A stretch of 63,441 bases of DNA, counting the filler, from Octopus bimaculoides (taxonomy: Eukaryota), in NCBI RefSeq assembly GCF_001194135.2. It is 5 parts of 5 records of this genome, joined end to end, with 100 filler letters (N's around TTAATTAATTAA, not from the genome) between each part and the next. Parts side by side here need not be neighbours in the genome. Positions count along the whole stretch, not along the records: positions 45,788 to 60,585 come from NC_068990.1; positions 60,686 to 63,441 come from NC_068987.1; 3 more parts are not named here. The stretch is one strand, 5' to 3'. This document shows, in pieces, positions 51,937-63,441 of this stretch (the stretch's first letter is position 1; every line of letters begins with the position of its first letter). The notes beneath the pieces are model-generated. The model searched no databases. It was not told where the DNA came from and saw only the letters and a list, made by a program, of their open reading frames with translations. The position numbers were made by a program, and so were the translations under genes.

Positions 51937-53149
51937 CGGTATATATCCACCTATCATGCCCTTCTACATGTGTGTGTGTTTGTGTGTTTTAATAACTATG
52001 TGATTTGATTGGACGTTAAAAAACATTCCCAAAATATTTTAAATAATTCGATTGTGAGCATTCACATATCTTAATACCAAGAACGATTATATACTATAAA
52101 TGTTGTACCAAATACAAAATACAATTTGTAAATGAAACATTACATTATATTTACATTTTGTGTTCCAATTCAGTACTTGTCACCTAAATATTTAATGAAG
52201 CTTATACGCATTCAGCCATTGGCGTAAACGGCACTGTTTCTCATTTAAATATGAGTTATAATACTTTGTCAATGCTATTATTAATCTTCGAATTAAGATG
52301 TATATATTGAAAGACAATATACAAAAATGTAGCTAATGTATAAGAACTAAAATTACTTAAACATATGCAACACTTGTAGTGTATTATTAAAATACGAATA
52401 TAAATCTCTCTGTACTTTGAACAAAGAAACAGAGCATCTAAAGAGTAATCTTTACACATTATAGAAATTATACAATTCCGATACTCACTGGTAGTCAACA
52501 ATGCACATTTATACCGAACAGTGTGAATTGATGAGTAGAAACTTCTACGAGTGTATATTTGCAGCTTATAGACCCAGCAAGAACTGTGAGATCTTAAAAG
52601 GTCAAGAAATTATATATATATACACGTGTATATAGATACATATAATAGATAGCTATATACACACTCGTATATATATATATATATATNNNNNNNNNNNNNN
52701 NNNNNNNNNNNNNNNNNNNNNNNNNNNNNNNNNNNNNNNNNNNNNNNNNNNNNNNNNNNNNNNNNNNTTAGGCCTGTCTGTACGGTACGAAGTTTACTTC
52801 CAAACCAGTTGGTTTCAAGTTCAGTGCTACTGTGTGGCATCTTGGGCAAGTGACTTGCACTATAGCCCTGGACCGATCTAAAACTTGTGAGCGGATTTTG
52901 GCAGACGGAAACTATCTCTTGTACTTCTCTTTCTCGATCTGTTTGTGTGAAAGTTTTTTAGATTTCGCATGCACATTCATACGCGCGGGCACACACGCAT
53001 ACACACATACATATACATGTATTTTTGTGTGTAATAAATATAGGTGTGTATGTGTAGGCGTTTATAGTACGCATTCGCATATATAAATATGCGTGTCTAT
53101 CTCTATATGTATAAATGCGTTTTTTTCAATATTTAATGTTACTCGCAAT

Positions 53150-53925
53150 AGACGGTTCTTTTCGTCAAACTATTTTATCTGCCGCTGCTTCAGATGCCAA
53201 TATATGAAAATTTTCAAAGTGTACTACAACAGTTTAACATTTTTCAAACCTAATTTCCTCTCTAATCCCCAACGTAGGCTGACCAACTGTTTTAAAAGTA
53301 GTATAGGCATTTCCATTAAGCGCATTCTTGATACCATCAACTCAGATATTAAATGGACCACAGAGTTGATTCGATGGAATTCAAGCGCTGCTGTGATTAA
53401 CTGCTTCCGTAGTATCGAGAATAAATCAGCCTGCAGATTCACACAGGTTGATCTCGCGGACTTCTACCCTACTATAATGAAACCGCTTCTCCTGAAGGCC
53501 CTGGATTTCACAAGATGGTTCACTAGTATATGCGACCGCAAAATCAGAATGACGCCAGAAAGTCTATTTTGGGTCACGATGATTCCTTCTGGGTGAAAAA
53601 AGGCGATCCACTGTTCGACGTGCCTATGGGGATTTACTACGGGGCTGAGAAAGCCGACCCCTGTTGCTTATTCATATTGGATACCCTAAAAAAATGCAGA
53701 TACTTACACAGATGAAAGGTCACGTCATAGATAAGTTTAGGAAAGACCTGATAAATATGTTCAAAGAATTCGGTCTGTCTATGACAGTTACCACCAACTC
53801 GATCACCGTCAACTTCTTATACGTGACCCTAGACCTGAAAGCGGGCAAGTACTACTCTGACAGGGAGCTCAACGAGGACACTGTACAATCACAGAAGTTC
53901 GAATAATCCACCTGGTGAACTTAAA
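53150..53925 (+). mobile_element. Penelope-like element reverse-transcriptase fragment (frameshifted)
   Basis: WNSSAAVINCFRSIENKSACRFTQVDLADFYPTI..LLLKALDF; ARKSILGHDDSFWVKKGDPLFDVPMGIYYGAE; VNFLYVTLDL. Confidence 0.85.
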
Positions 53926-53944
53926 ACCACGCAGATATATATAT

Positions 53945-54625
53945 ATATAACACTAACCCACCTTCATTATAGTTTAACCACTGCTACCTTGACCACTTCT
54001 CTCCACTTCCCCCTATCTTCTCTGATACCTTTCTATATACCTTAGTAATCTTCATCCTTCGCCGAATTACACACATTCCCTCCCTTAAATAATTGCCATC
54101 CTTTTTTTCAATATCTCAACTTCCAATAGTTCTATAGCTGTTATCCCTAAACTTTGACACCAATGCACAAGCCAAACAATAACTGACCACCCTTCAATTA
54201 CTATCAATCCCTCTTCTCCCACTCATCACATAACCCCGCCTACCACCTCCATTAATACCCTCATTATCAACCCCCTCCTTCTTCCTGAACTAGCTCTCTT
54301 ATCTCCTCTCACCAATCCCAGTCTTAACACTCCCCATAACTCCACTGACCCTCCAGCTTCCTCCCTCTAATACTGCTGGCTCCCCACATTTAATCATTCC
54401 ACCTTTGAAATTCTCTGTGTTATAATCTGAAATGTAAGACCTTTTCTACCCTAATGACAGAAGCTTGATTTATCCAATGCTGGTTACTTCCACTACGGCC
54501 TGCTTATTGTGATGAACTAGATCTACCAAAATTAGAAACAGCTGTTGGGCTTATAACACCTTATAGTTCTACCAACATAGAAACAGCCGTTGGGCTTATA
54601 ACACCTTACTTCATCCCCTTTAATT
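53945..54625 (+). repeat. C-rich interspersed repeat, related to ~39990-40540
   Basis: Similar pyrimidine-rich composition and a shared TGTAAGACCTTT block. Ends with a duplicated AGAAACAGC(T/C)GTTGGGCTTATAACACCTTA. Confidence 0.45.
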
Positions 54626-54821
54626 TTCCCTGTCGATTGTACTCTGTGTAAGTTGGCTCTATTAATTTAAATAACTATATATGCATACTTAAATATTCAT
54701 CGCCTGAAAGTCTCCACACTTTGCTTTCTCTCGTTTTGCATGTATACATATGTAAATATTTTGTATTTCATACCCAAGGTGTTATATTTATTATCTTTAA
54801 TTCGTTTATCCATATATTTGC

Positions 54822-54899
<78 letters not shown>

Positions 54900-54935
54900 C
54901 GCTCCATCTTTCTATCTCTTTCTCTTTCTATATAC

Positions 54936-54976
<41 letters not shown>

Positions 54977-55952
54977 TAGACAGACAGAGAGATAGACAGA
55001 CAGAGAGATAGAGGGACAGACGAACGGATGGACGGACGGACGGACAGACAGACAGACAGATAGACAGATAGACAGACAGACAGACAGCTAAATAGTTAGA
55101 TAGATAGATATATAGATATATAGATAGATTGATAAATAGATAGATATATAGATATTGGTATACCTGTTTGAATGTGTGTATGTGCATTTGTATATGTGTA
55201 TTTATTTGTAAATACACTCTGCTATAGAATATAAACAAAATAATACTGAAAAATAAACGCTGTCGATGAATGAATCTGCGTGTGTATGAAATGAAGCGTT
55301 CTGAAATATGTAATGTGCATGTGTGCGTGTGTGTGTGTGTGTGTGTGTCTGTCTGTGTGTGCACCTGTTTGTTTATCTCGAAGCAAAAATAAATGTATCA
55401 AAGGCAAAAATAAAAATAATTAATATGAAATCCGAGGGAAATGATTTTTCATAAGATCGTGCAAAACATTTCTAACATTTCACTTATATACATTTTGTTT
55501 TCGATCCTTTCTGTTTTGGTTGCTGCCTTTATTAAGTTGAATCAGTCTCGTTGATTCTAACTCTACAAACTTCTCAGCTTGTGACCTTCATGCCCCTTGG
55601 CAGAAAGCAGAGATTGCTTTAGTCTCTGTTTACAAATAGCAACACCTCAGGAATTGAACATTTGCATTTCATTCAAAAGAACAATTTTACAATGTCACTT
55701 AAAATTGCCGGCGGAATGAAATGGTATGAGAAAATGTGGCCTTTGTCTCCTTATCGATCGTATATTTCAAGCATGTTATAAATATATGCATGCATACATA
55801 CATACATACATACATACATACGAACAATTCATATATGTGCTCACAAATTGTGAATCCATTCTTTGTATACATTCGCATATATCAAAATACACCTAATACT
55901 GCATGACGCTCAATATCTACATATGTGTGTGTGTGTGTGTGTTTGTGTGTGC

Positions 55953-56005
<53 letters not shown>

Positions 56006-57458
56006 GGACAGAGAAACAGAGAGACAGGCAGATGGATAGAGAGTATGCCAAGTAAAAGAGAGAAAGTGGGGAGAGAAAGAATGTATACAAACTCGCTTCC
56101 TAAATCTTGCTCAGTGCTTTGGATTATGTGTGTACGTGCACATGTGTGTGTATGCGCGTGAGTGTATGTGTGTATATGCATGTGTGTGTGTTTGTGTGTG
56201 TGTGGTTGTGTCTACATGCCTGTGCCTGAATACGCGCGCACGCACGTGTGTCTGTGTGTATATAATTCTAATCTGTACGTAAACACATGGGCACATGCAT
56301 ATATGCTTCAAAATGATATTCGCACCCATGTATTATTCATTTCCTTATATGTATTTACCAGTAATTACAAAAGATATTGTTACCCAGCAGATGTTTCATA
56401 CCGACTTATGCCCCGCCACTTCCTATCAATTTCCTCAAAATATCACCATTGACAGTAAATAAAACAAGTTGATATTTATCTTGCTCGGTGCAAACTACGC
56501 GCATATAATTTTGTAAAAAGTATAGAAAAAACAATTATTGTTGTTTACTTTTGTTTACCGTTCAAATACACACTCACAGACACACACACACATATACACA
56601 AAGACACACACATGCACCCATATGTATATATATGAGTTAATGAATGTCACAAGAACATTAGCTTAGAGCCGTCTCTGCTATGAGAAGCATCGCATTCAGT
56701 ACTGAGTGCTTGTGCTTGTGTCATTCATTCACTGATATTTGGCTCTGTACTCTCATGATGCTTCACACTAAAGTATAAGTATGTTGTGTTCTAAGAATTA
56801 GTTATTAGTATTGCTACGCCTAAGCGACACGACTAACACCTTGTTCTGAAGCAAAAGTTTGAGTTCTACACTAGGTTATTAATCTTGCAATGCCTAAGCA
56901 ATATATATANNNNNNNNNNNNNNNNNNNNNNNNNNNNNNNNNNNNNNNNNNNNNNNNNNNNNNNNNNNNNNNNNNNNNNNNNNNNNNNNNNNNNNNNNNN
57001 NNNNNNNNNNNNNNNNNNNNNNNNNNNNNNNNNNNNNNNNNNNNNNNNNNNNNNNNNNNNNNNNNNNNNNNNNNNNNNNNNNNNNNNNNNNNNNNNNNNN
57101 NNNNNNNNNNNNNNNNNNNNNNNNNNNNNNNNNNNNNNNNNNNNNNNNNNNNNNNNNNNNNNNNNNNNNNNNNNNNNNNNNNNNNNNNNNNNNNNNNNNN
57201 NNNNNNNNNNNNNNNNNNNNNNNNNNNNNNNNNNNNNNNNNNNNNNNNNNNNNNNNNNNNNNNNNNNNNNNNNNNNNNNNNNNNNNNNNNNNNNNNNNNN
57301 NNNNNNNNNNNNNNNNNNNNNNNNNNNNNNNNNNNNNNNNNNNNNNNNNNNNNNNNNNNNNNNNNNNNNNNNNNNNNNNNNNNNNNNNNNNNNNNNNNNN
57401 NNNNNNNNNNNNNNNNNNNNNNNNNNNNNNNNNNNNNNNNNNNNNNNNNNNATATATA

Positions 57459-57590
57459 CAGTAGTACCTCGGTTTTCGAAGAACTCTGATCACGAATATA
57501 TCGTGCTTTATCTCCTGTCTTTCTCATATTCATTTAATACAGTAGTATCTCGGTTTATGAAAGCCTGTGATCACGAATAAACCGTACTTT
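57459..57590 (+). mobile_element. Two tandem fragments of a Tigger/pogo-like terminal inverted repeat (81-bp period)
   Basis: TA-CAGTAGTACCTCGGTTTTCGAA and TA-CAGTAGTATCTCGGTTTATGAA, each followed by TGATCACGAATA. Confidence 0.6.
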
Positions 57591-57780
57591 ATATATATCT
57601 ATATCAATATATATATATAAATTTAAGTAATAAGGGTGAAAAATGAAATATTAATTTGATTAATATCAATTTAAAACCAGCGGCCTAGCATATTGAAAAA
57701 TCTGAAGATTCAGAAAAATTATATTACATACATACAAGAGGGATGACCACTAAGTGGACATCCATTATGCTAGAAGTAGA

Positions 57781-58415
57781 TCACCTACTAAGTTGTGACA
57801 ACGAAACCGGTCTATGATTAATAATAGTGACTGTCACCCGATCATGACCTTTATGAATATATTTGCTAATATATTTAACTGATTTTACAAATGCACATAT
57901 CTCTAAATTACAATGACCTCCATATTTGACTAAAAGGAAGGGGTGATATGGTACTTCTAAACGATTATCTAATTCAACATTAGGCTTTGTAAATGCAAAA
58001 CCATTATTTCGACGTCGGTAAAGTGGATAGCCATTATAACTGTGTAATGTATTTTCCTGAAAGTCTTTAAGGAAATGTTTTTTACATTTTCCATCAACCA
58101 TACATATTGCATTGGGTTTATCTCTCCCACATGGACCATGTAGCATGCTTTTGGTGACATGTTGAAACAGAATCGGTTGTGTTTGTGAATTTGGAAGTTC
58201 TGCATAAACAAGCTTATCATAATGTTCTGGGTCTTCTTTTTTAAATATGAACAACGTATGACAATGGGGTAGATCACGCTTTTGAAACTCTATAGTCCAC
58301 ATGTACCCTGCAATCTCTCCTAAAACATTCTTCTCCAAAATACCATTCAAGAGATCCCTAAGTTACATATTAAATATTCTGTCTGTTAAATCTGGTCTGT
58401 CAACTGGTGTCTGAC
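57781..58415 (-). mobile_element. Helitron Rep (HUH endonuclease) domain fragment
   Basis: 189-aa ORF with EFQKRDLPHCHTL (HUH motif 2), MLHGPCG, GYPLYRRR and VKYISKYIHKGHDR (motif 3). DRPDL lies upstream in another frame. Confidence 0.92.
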
Positions 58416-59773
58416 ATAAATTGACCAAATTAAATCTAAATTTTGAAGTGAATCTAACGTTTTTTTTTTGTGTTCTTGAATGGTTTACAATCATCTTCTA
58501 CGTTGCAATTGTCTTTGAAAATTAAATGTCTATACGCATATAATGTAAAGAAACCGCAAAAGAACCCTTTGTGAAAAATAGCAACCCAGGGTTTCGTGGA
58601 TGAAATCCATATCAGATCAACTTCAACATAAAAAAACCGTTGTCATATGTATATCGAAAAATTGGCGTTAATGCAGAATTGCACCTCTCCTTGAAAAATG
58701 CATTTTTTTGGATTCCTACGTGTTAGATGTCGGAGATTACGAATTGAAAAAACCTTTTCAAATTCCACATCCCCCGCCTCCGTGCCAATTAAAAATTTAG
58801 AACTTTTTACGAATTTTTTTTAGACCACCTTTTCCAAATTTAAAATCCCCACATCAAACTCTCCTTCCCTCAAATTTCACCCCGCCTCTTCGGTGGACCT
58901 GGCGCAGGNNNNNNNNNNNNNNNNNNNNNNNNNNNNNNNNNNNNNNNNNNNNNNNNNNNNNNNNNNNNNNNNNNNNNNNNNNNNNNNNNNNNNNNNNNNN
59001 NNNNNNNNNNNNNNNNNNNNNNNNNNNNNNNNNNNNNNNNNNNNNNNNNNNNNNNNNNNNNNNNNNNNNNNNNNNNNNNNNNNNNNNNNNNNNNNNNNNN
59101 NNNNNNNNNNNNNNNNNNNNNNNNNNNNNNNNNNNNNNNNNNNNNNNNNNNNNNNNNNNNNNNNNNNNNNNNNNNNNNNNNNNNNNNNNNNNNNNNNNNN
59201 NNNNNNNNNNNNNNNNNNNNNNNNNNNNNNNNNNNNNNNNNNNNNNNNNNNNNNNNNNNNNNNNNNNNNNNNNNNNNNNNNNNNNNNNNNNNNNNNNNNN
59301 NNNNNNNNNNNNNNNNNNNNNNNNNNNNNNNNNNNNNNNNNNNNNNNNNNNNNNNNNNNNNNNNNNNNNNNNNNNNNNNNNNNNNNNNNNNNNNNNNNNN
59401 NNNNNNNNNNNNNNNNNNNNNNNNNNNNNNNNNNNNNNNNNNNNNNNNNNNNNNNNNNNNNNNNNNNNNNNNNNNNNNNNNNNNNNNNNNNNNNNNNNNN
59501 NNNNNNNNNNNNNNNNNNNNNNNNNNNNNNNNNNNNNNNNNNNNNNNNNNNNNNNNNNNNNNNNNNNNNNNNNNNNNNNNNNNNNNNNNNNNNNNNNNNN
59601 NNNNNNNNNNNNNNNNNNNNNNNNNNNNNNNNNNNNNNNNNNNNNNNNNNNNNNNNNNNNNNNNNNNNNNNNNNNNNNNNNNNNNNNNNNNNNNNNNNNN
59701 NNNATGAATATCTATACATATATAATGAATATATATATATATATATATATAATGAATATCTATCCATATATAA

Positions 59774-59835
<62 letters not shown>

Positions 59836-60398
59836 GACACATACACACACACACACGTATGTATATGCATATAACTGCCCTATGTATGTGAGTGTATGTG
59901 TGTGTTTGTATATATTATGCACACGTGCATGTGGATGCTGTTGTGTGTTTGTGCTTTCCTGAGCGTGTACGCGTCTAAAAATATGGTGAGATGGGGTGAA
60001 TACCTCAGAGGAGTGTTTTGCATACTAAATACAACACATACAGTAGGGTCTCATATAATTTAGCGTATGTATACACGAAAGCATGTCTATGTTTATGCAT
60101 ATTTTCAATAAATTTGCCTAAAGCAATGAAAAAGAAAGTATTAAATGTTTGGTTTTCCAAAAGTAATACATGAATGAAGGGGAAGAAGATAGAAAGAATA
60201 TGAGCGAACTACACAAAAGGGGAGACTTCGTGCGCTGGTACACTGTGTAAATGGGTATGAGTGTGTATGTTGTGGGTCTGTGTGCGTGTGTGTGTGCGAG
60301 CATGGGTGTGTGTGTGTCAGTGTGTGCCAGTGTGTCAGTGCTCATGCTTTAAAGAGCAATATATGTATATATATATATACATACACACACACACACAC

Positions 60399-60433
<35 letters not shown>

Positions 60434-60438
60434 TACAT

Positions 60439-60482
<44 letters not shown>

Positions 60483-60685
60483 TGTGTGTGTCTATGTGTG
60501 TTTGTGTGTGTGTAAATTTAGGAGTTGGCAGCGTGAACGACATCCTGACACCGGAACAACTTGTCTGGCACTGAAGGGCATTTTGNNNNNNNNNNNNNNN
60601 NNNNNNNNNNNNNNNNNNNNNNNNNNNNNTTAATTAATTAANNNNNNNNNNNNNNNNNNNNNNNNNNNNNNNNNNNNNNNNNNNN

Positions 60686-60725
<40 letters not shown>

Positions 60726-60910
60726 TCCCCCCACCATCGCTTGACAACCGATGCTGGTGTGTTTACGTCACCGTAACTTAGCGGTTCGGCAAAAAGAGAC
60801 CGATAGAATAAGTACTAGGCTTACAAAGAATAAGTCCTGGGGTCGATTTGCTCGACTAAAGTCGGTGCTCCAGTATGGCCGCAGTCAAATGACTGAAATA
60901 AGTAAAAGAG
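60686..60910 (+). mobile_element. SINE 3' half (TTTGTCCCCC.ACCATCGCTTGACAACC...CAGTCAAATGACTGAAA)
   Basis: Matches 35030-35230 and the minus-strand fragments at ~2905-2970, 10545-10760 and 62110-62155. Confidence 0.8.
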
Positions 60911-61643
60911 TAAAGAGAGTATATATAAGTAAAGGTTATTTGCTAACCTAATGTGACAGTCCCATTTAGGACGAATCACACTGTTGTTTAGATCCAGGAG
61001 ACGTCGTCTCCAGCTGGTTATACGACACACAATCTGTGTCCTTATATTTTCGAACAGGAGAGATTAGCACCCCCATCTAGCACAAAGCACTTTCTGTGGA
61101 CCACATGGTTTCAGGGTTATTTTTCCTACATGGTCGCAGAATAACACTTTTGCTGAGATGGCGCTGCATTTCGGGTCTCCAAAGGTTTCACTGTCGCTTT
61201 TATTGGGGTTGTATGGAATTTTGTCAGGCCGAAAGTGTTCTCTGGGGATGTCAGTGAATGTATGTGCATTTAGAAAATTGCAATCAAGTGGTCGTTTATA
61301 GTTAAAGATGTTAAAGACGGGGCAGGTGTATTGGGTGTGTTGAATCCCTCGTTTCATTACAACATGCCCAGTACGTTTCAACCTTCATCTCTTCGAAGAA
61401 AATTAAATAAGTTTATAAATTCTGCGCCGATGTGCAATTTAAAGAGAGGAACGACAGTAGAAAAAAGAAACAAAGCAAAAAGAACGGACGACAGAAAGAA
61501 AGGTTGAAGATTGAGACGGGACAACGAAGTATGTGAACGAAAGAATTGACTACAAAATGACTATAGGCAAGGGTTTGAAAAGAAAAGGAGGGAAAAAGAC
61601 ATGACAAAGTACCAGCTGTAGGTAGGTAGGTAGGTAGGTAGGT

Positions 61644-61716
<73 letters not shown>

Positions 61717-62062
61717 NNNNNNNNNNNNNNNNNNNNNNNNNNNNNNNNNNNNNNNNNNNNNNNNNNNNNNNNNNNNNNNNNNNNNNNNNNNNNNNNNNNN
61801 NNNNNNNNNNNNNNNNNNNNNNNNNNNNNNNNNNNNNNNNNNNNNNNNNNNNNNNNNNNNNNNNNNNNNNNNNNNNNNNNNNNNNNNNNNNNNNNNNNNN
61901 NNNNNNNNNNNNNNNNNNNNNNNNNNNNNNNNNNNNNNNNNNNNNNNNNNNNNNNNNNNNNNNNNNNNNNNNNNNNNNNNNNNNNNNNNNNNNNNNNNNN
62001 NNNNNNNNNNNNNNNNNNNNNNNNNATAATTAAGTGAAGGACGAAAAAGAGAATATTATCAT

Positions 62063-62112
<50 letters not shown>

Positions 62113-62900
62113 TCTTTTACTCTTTTACTTGTTTCAGTCATTTGACTGTGGCCATGTTTTGACTCTTATTTCTAGCAACTCTGGTGCTAGCTAGTACCCT
62201 TAATCTCTTGGTGAGGTCTAGACTTCTGTCTTTCGGTTGTAAATTGCGAATAAGCCACTTTTGTCTTTCTTTTTCGTGTTGCCTTTCGACCGGACTGGTC
62301 ACAACTTTCAGAGCTCCTCGTTTCTCTTAATCCCTCCCCCTCACTCTCTCTCTCTCGCTGTCTGTCTTTCTCTGTTACCCTCCGCCTACTATCACGTGAT
62401 CCGTGACGGCCTAAGGCGGTGCCATTCTTTTTCGTGTTGCCCTCAACCGGACCGATAACGATTTTCTGAGTTCCTCGTTTCTACCCCTCCCGTGTTTATA
62501 GTCCTTTAGGACAGTTTTTCATTTCTCCTACGTGTTACCCATTTTTGTCTTGTCTTGCAACCTTAAGGCATTTTCTGCTGTATATCCATTATCATCATTT
62601 TAATTGTTGTCTTCGTGTAGCCTTAAGCCTTTATTCTCTTTATTGCCTTGTCCCTCATCCATCTACTAACGGTCTCGTCTCGAGCCCGTCTCGAGCCCGT
62701 CTCGTTTTGTTATGTTTTGGTCCCATTCCTAGCGTTTCTTGCCGGTGCTTCCAGATTGGAAGCAATATTATTGATAAAGGCCGGAATTGGGCTCGACCCT
62801 CTGGCCAATAACCGAGTTGGTGACCTTCTGTGTTTTCCGTTCGCCTGTGTATTTAGTATATGTTCGTATGTTTATTTGATACACGTTTTTTTTTCCCAAT

Positions 62901-62950
<50 letters not shown>

Positions 62951-63039
62951 TAAAACTTAGATAAACTTAGATATGTTTCGACCAAAGATTAGTCCAGGCC
63001 ATGCCTAACTTAATAGCACCACCTGATAGCATTATCTAA

Positions 63040-63395
63040 ATCCTTTTTAAGTCAGGTTTTGTGGTATCAAGTAAGGAGTTCTTGTTGAGTGAGTTGTGTT
63101 CTTGTTGAGTGAGTCGTGGCTTATCTGGTATTCCTTGAAGAAATTTGTCCAGATTCCGTTTAAAGGTGATGGGATCCTTTTCCTCTTTGATCAGTTGTGG
63201 GACAATGTTAAATAGGGCAGGGCCTGTTGAGGAAAAGAAATTGTGTCGCAGTATGTTGTGATTCTGAATTGGGCAGGGGACATATCACTCGTGGCCCTAG
63301 CCTTGGATGAACCTTGAAGCTAATGTTGAGGTCGTTTGGGCAATGCTGGCAGTATATTCTTATACAGGTATTTCATATTTTCCGTTTGTTGTGTT
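63040..63395 (-). mobile_element. CR1/L2-group LINE 3' end
   Basis: FKVHPRLGPR, then HNFFSSTGPALFNIVPQLIKEEKDPITFKRNLDKFLQGIPDKP. Confidence 0.8.
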
Positions 63396-63441
63396 TTTTA
63401 TTTAATCTTGAAAATGTCTTCTATATAACGCACGCACTCAT

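Noticed and set aside
54505-54565. GTGATGA...GAAACAGCTGTT possible hammerhead
   Set aside because: It has a palindromic stem III, but the first core base is wrong and stem II does not pair convincingly. At most a dead relic.
61040-61400. 105-aa minus ORF and a nearby FVLDGGAN protease-like motif
   Set aside because: A single weak motif amid multiple stops, with no supporting gag, RT or LTR features.

Overview
Repeat-dominated animal genomic DNA with about 5% N gaps. The SINE families, microsatellite load and retroelement mix are most consistent with an octopus/coleoid cephalopod draft assembly (inference, not verified). I recognise no intact host gene. Nearly all protein-like signal comes from decayed transposons: RTE, Hero-type and R4/Dong-type non-LTR elements, CR1/L2-like LINEs, several Penelope-like elements (PLEs), Tc1 and mariner transposases, and a Helitron Rep fragment, plus many tRNA-headed SINEs. 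The most notable structure is RNA-level. Three minimal type I hammerhead-ribozyme motifs (12237-12319, 19282-19342, 36970-37009) sit at putative PLE 3' ends or in a foldback element, one inside a ~155-bp inverted repeat. There is also an 87-nt pre-miRNA-like hairpin and a 116-bp loopless palindrome. A CpG-depleted domain (~1.9-37.3 kb) with a CpG-retaining island at ~15.7-16.3 kb suggests a methylated gene body, but its exons can only be proposed at low confidence. All motif calls were made by eye without database searches, and repeat boundaries are approximate.
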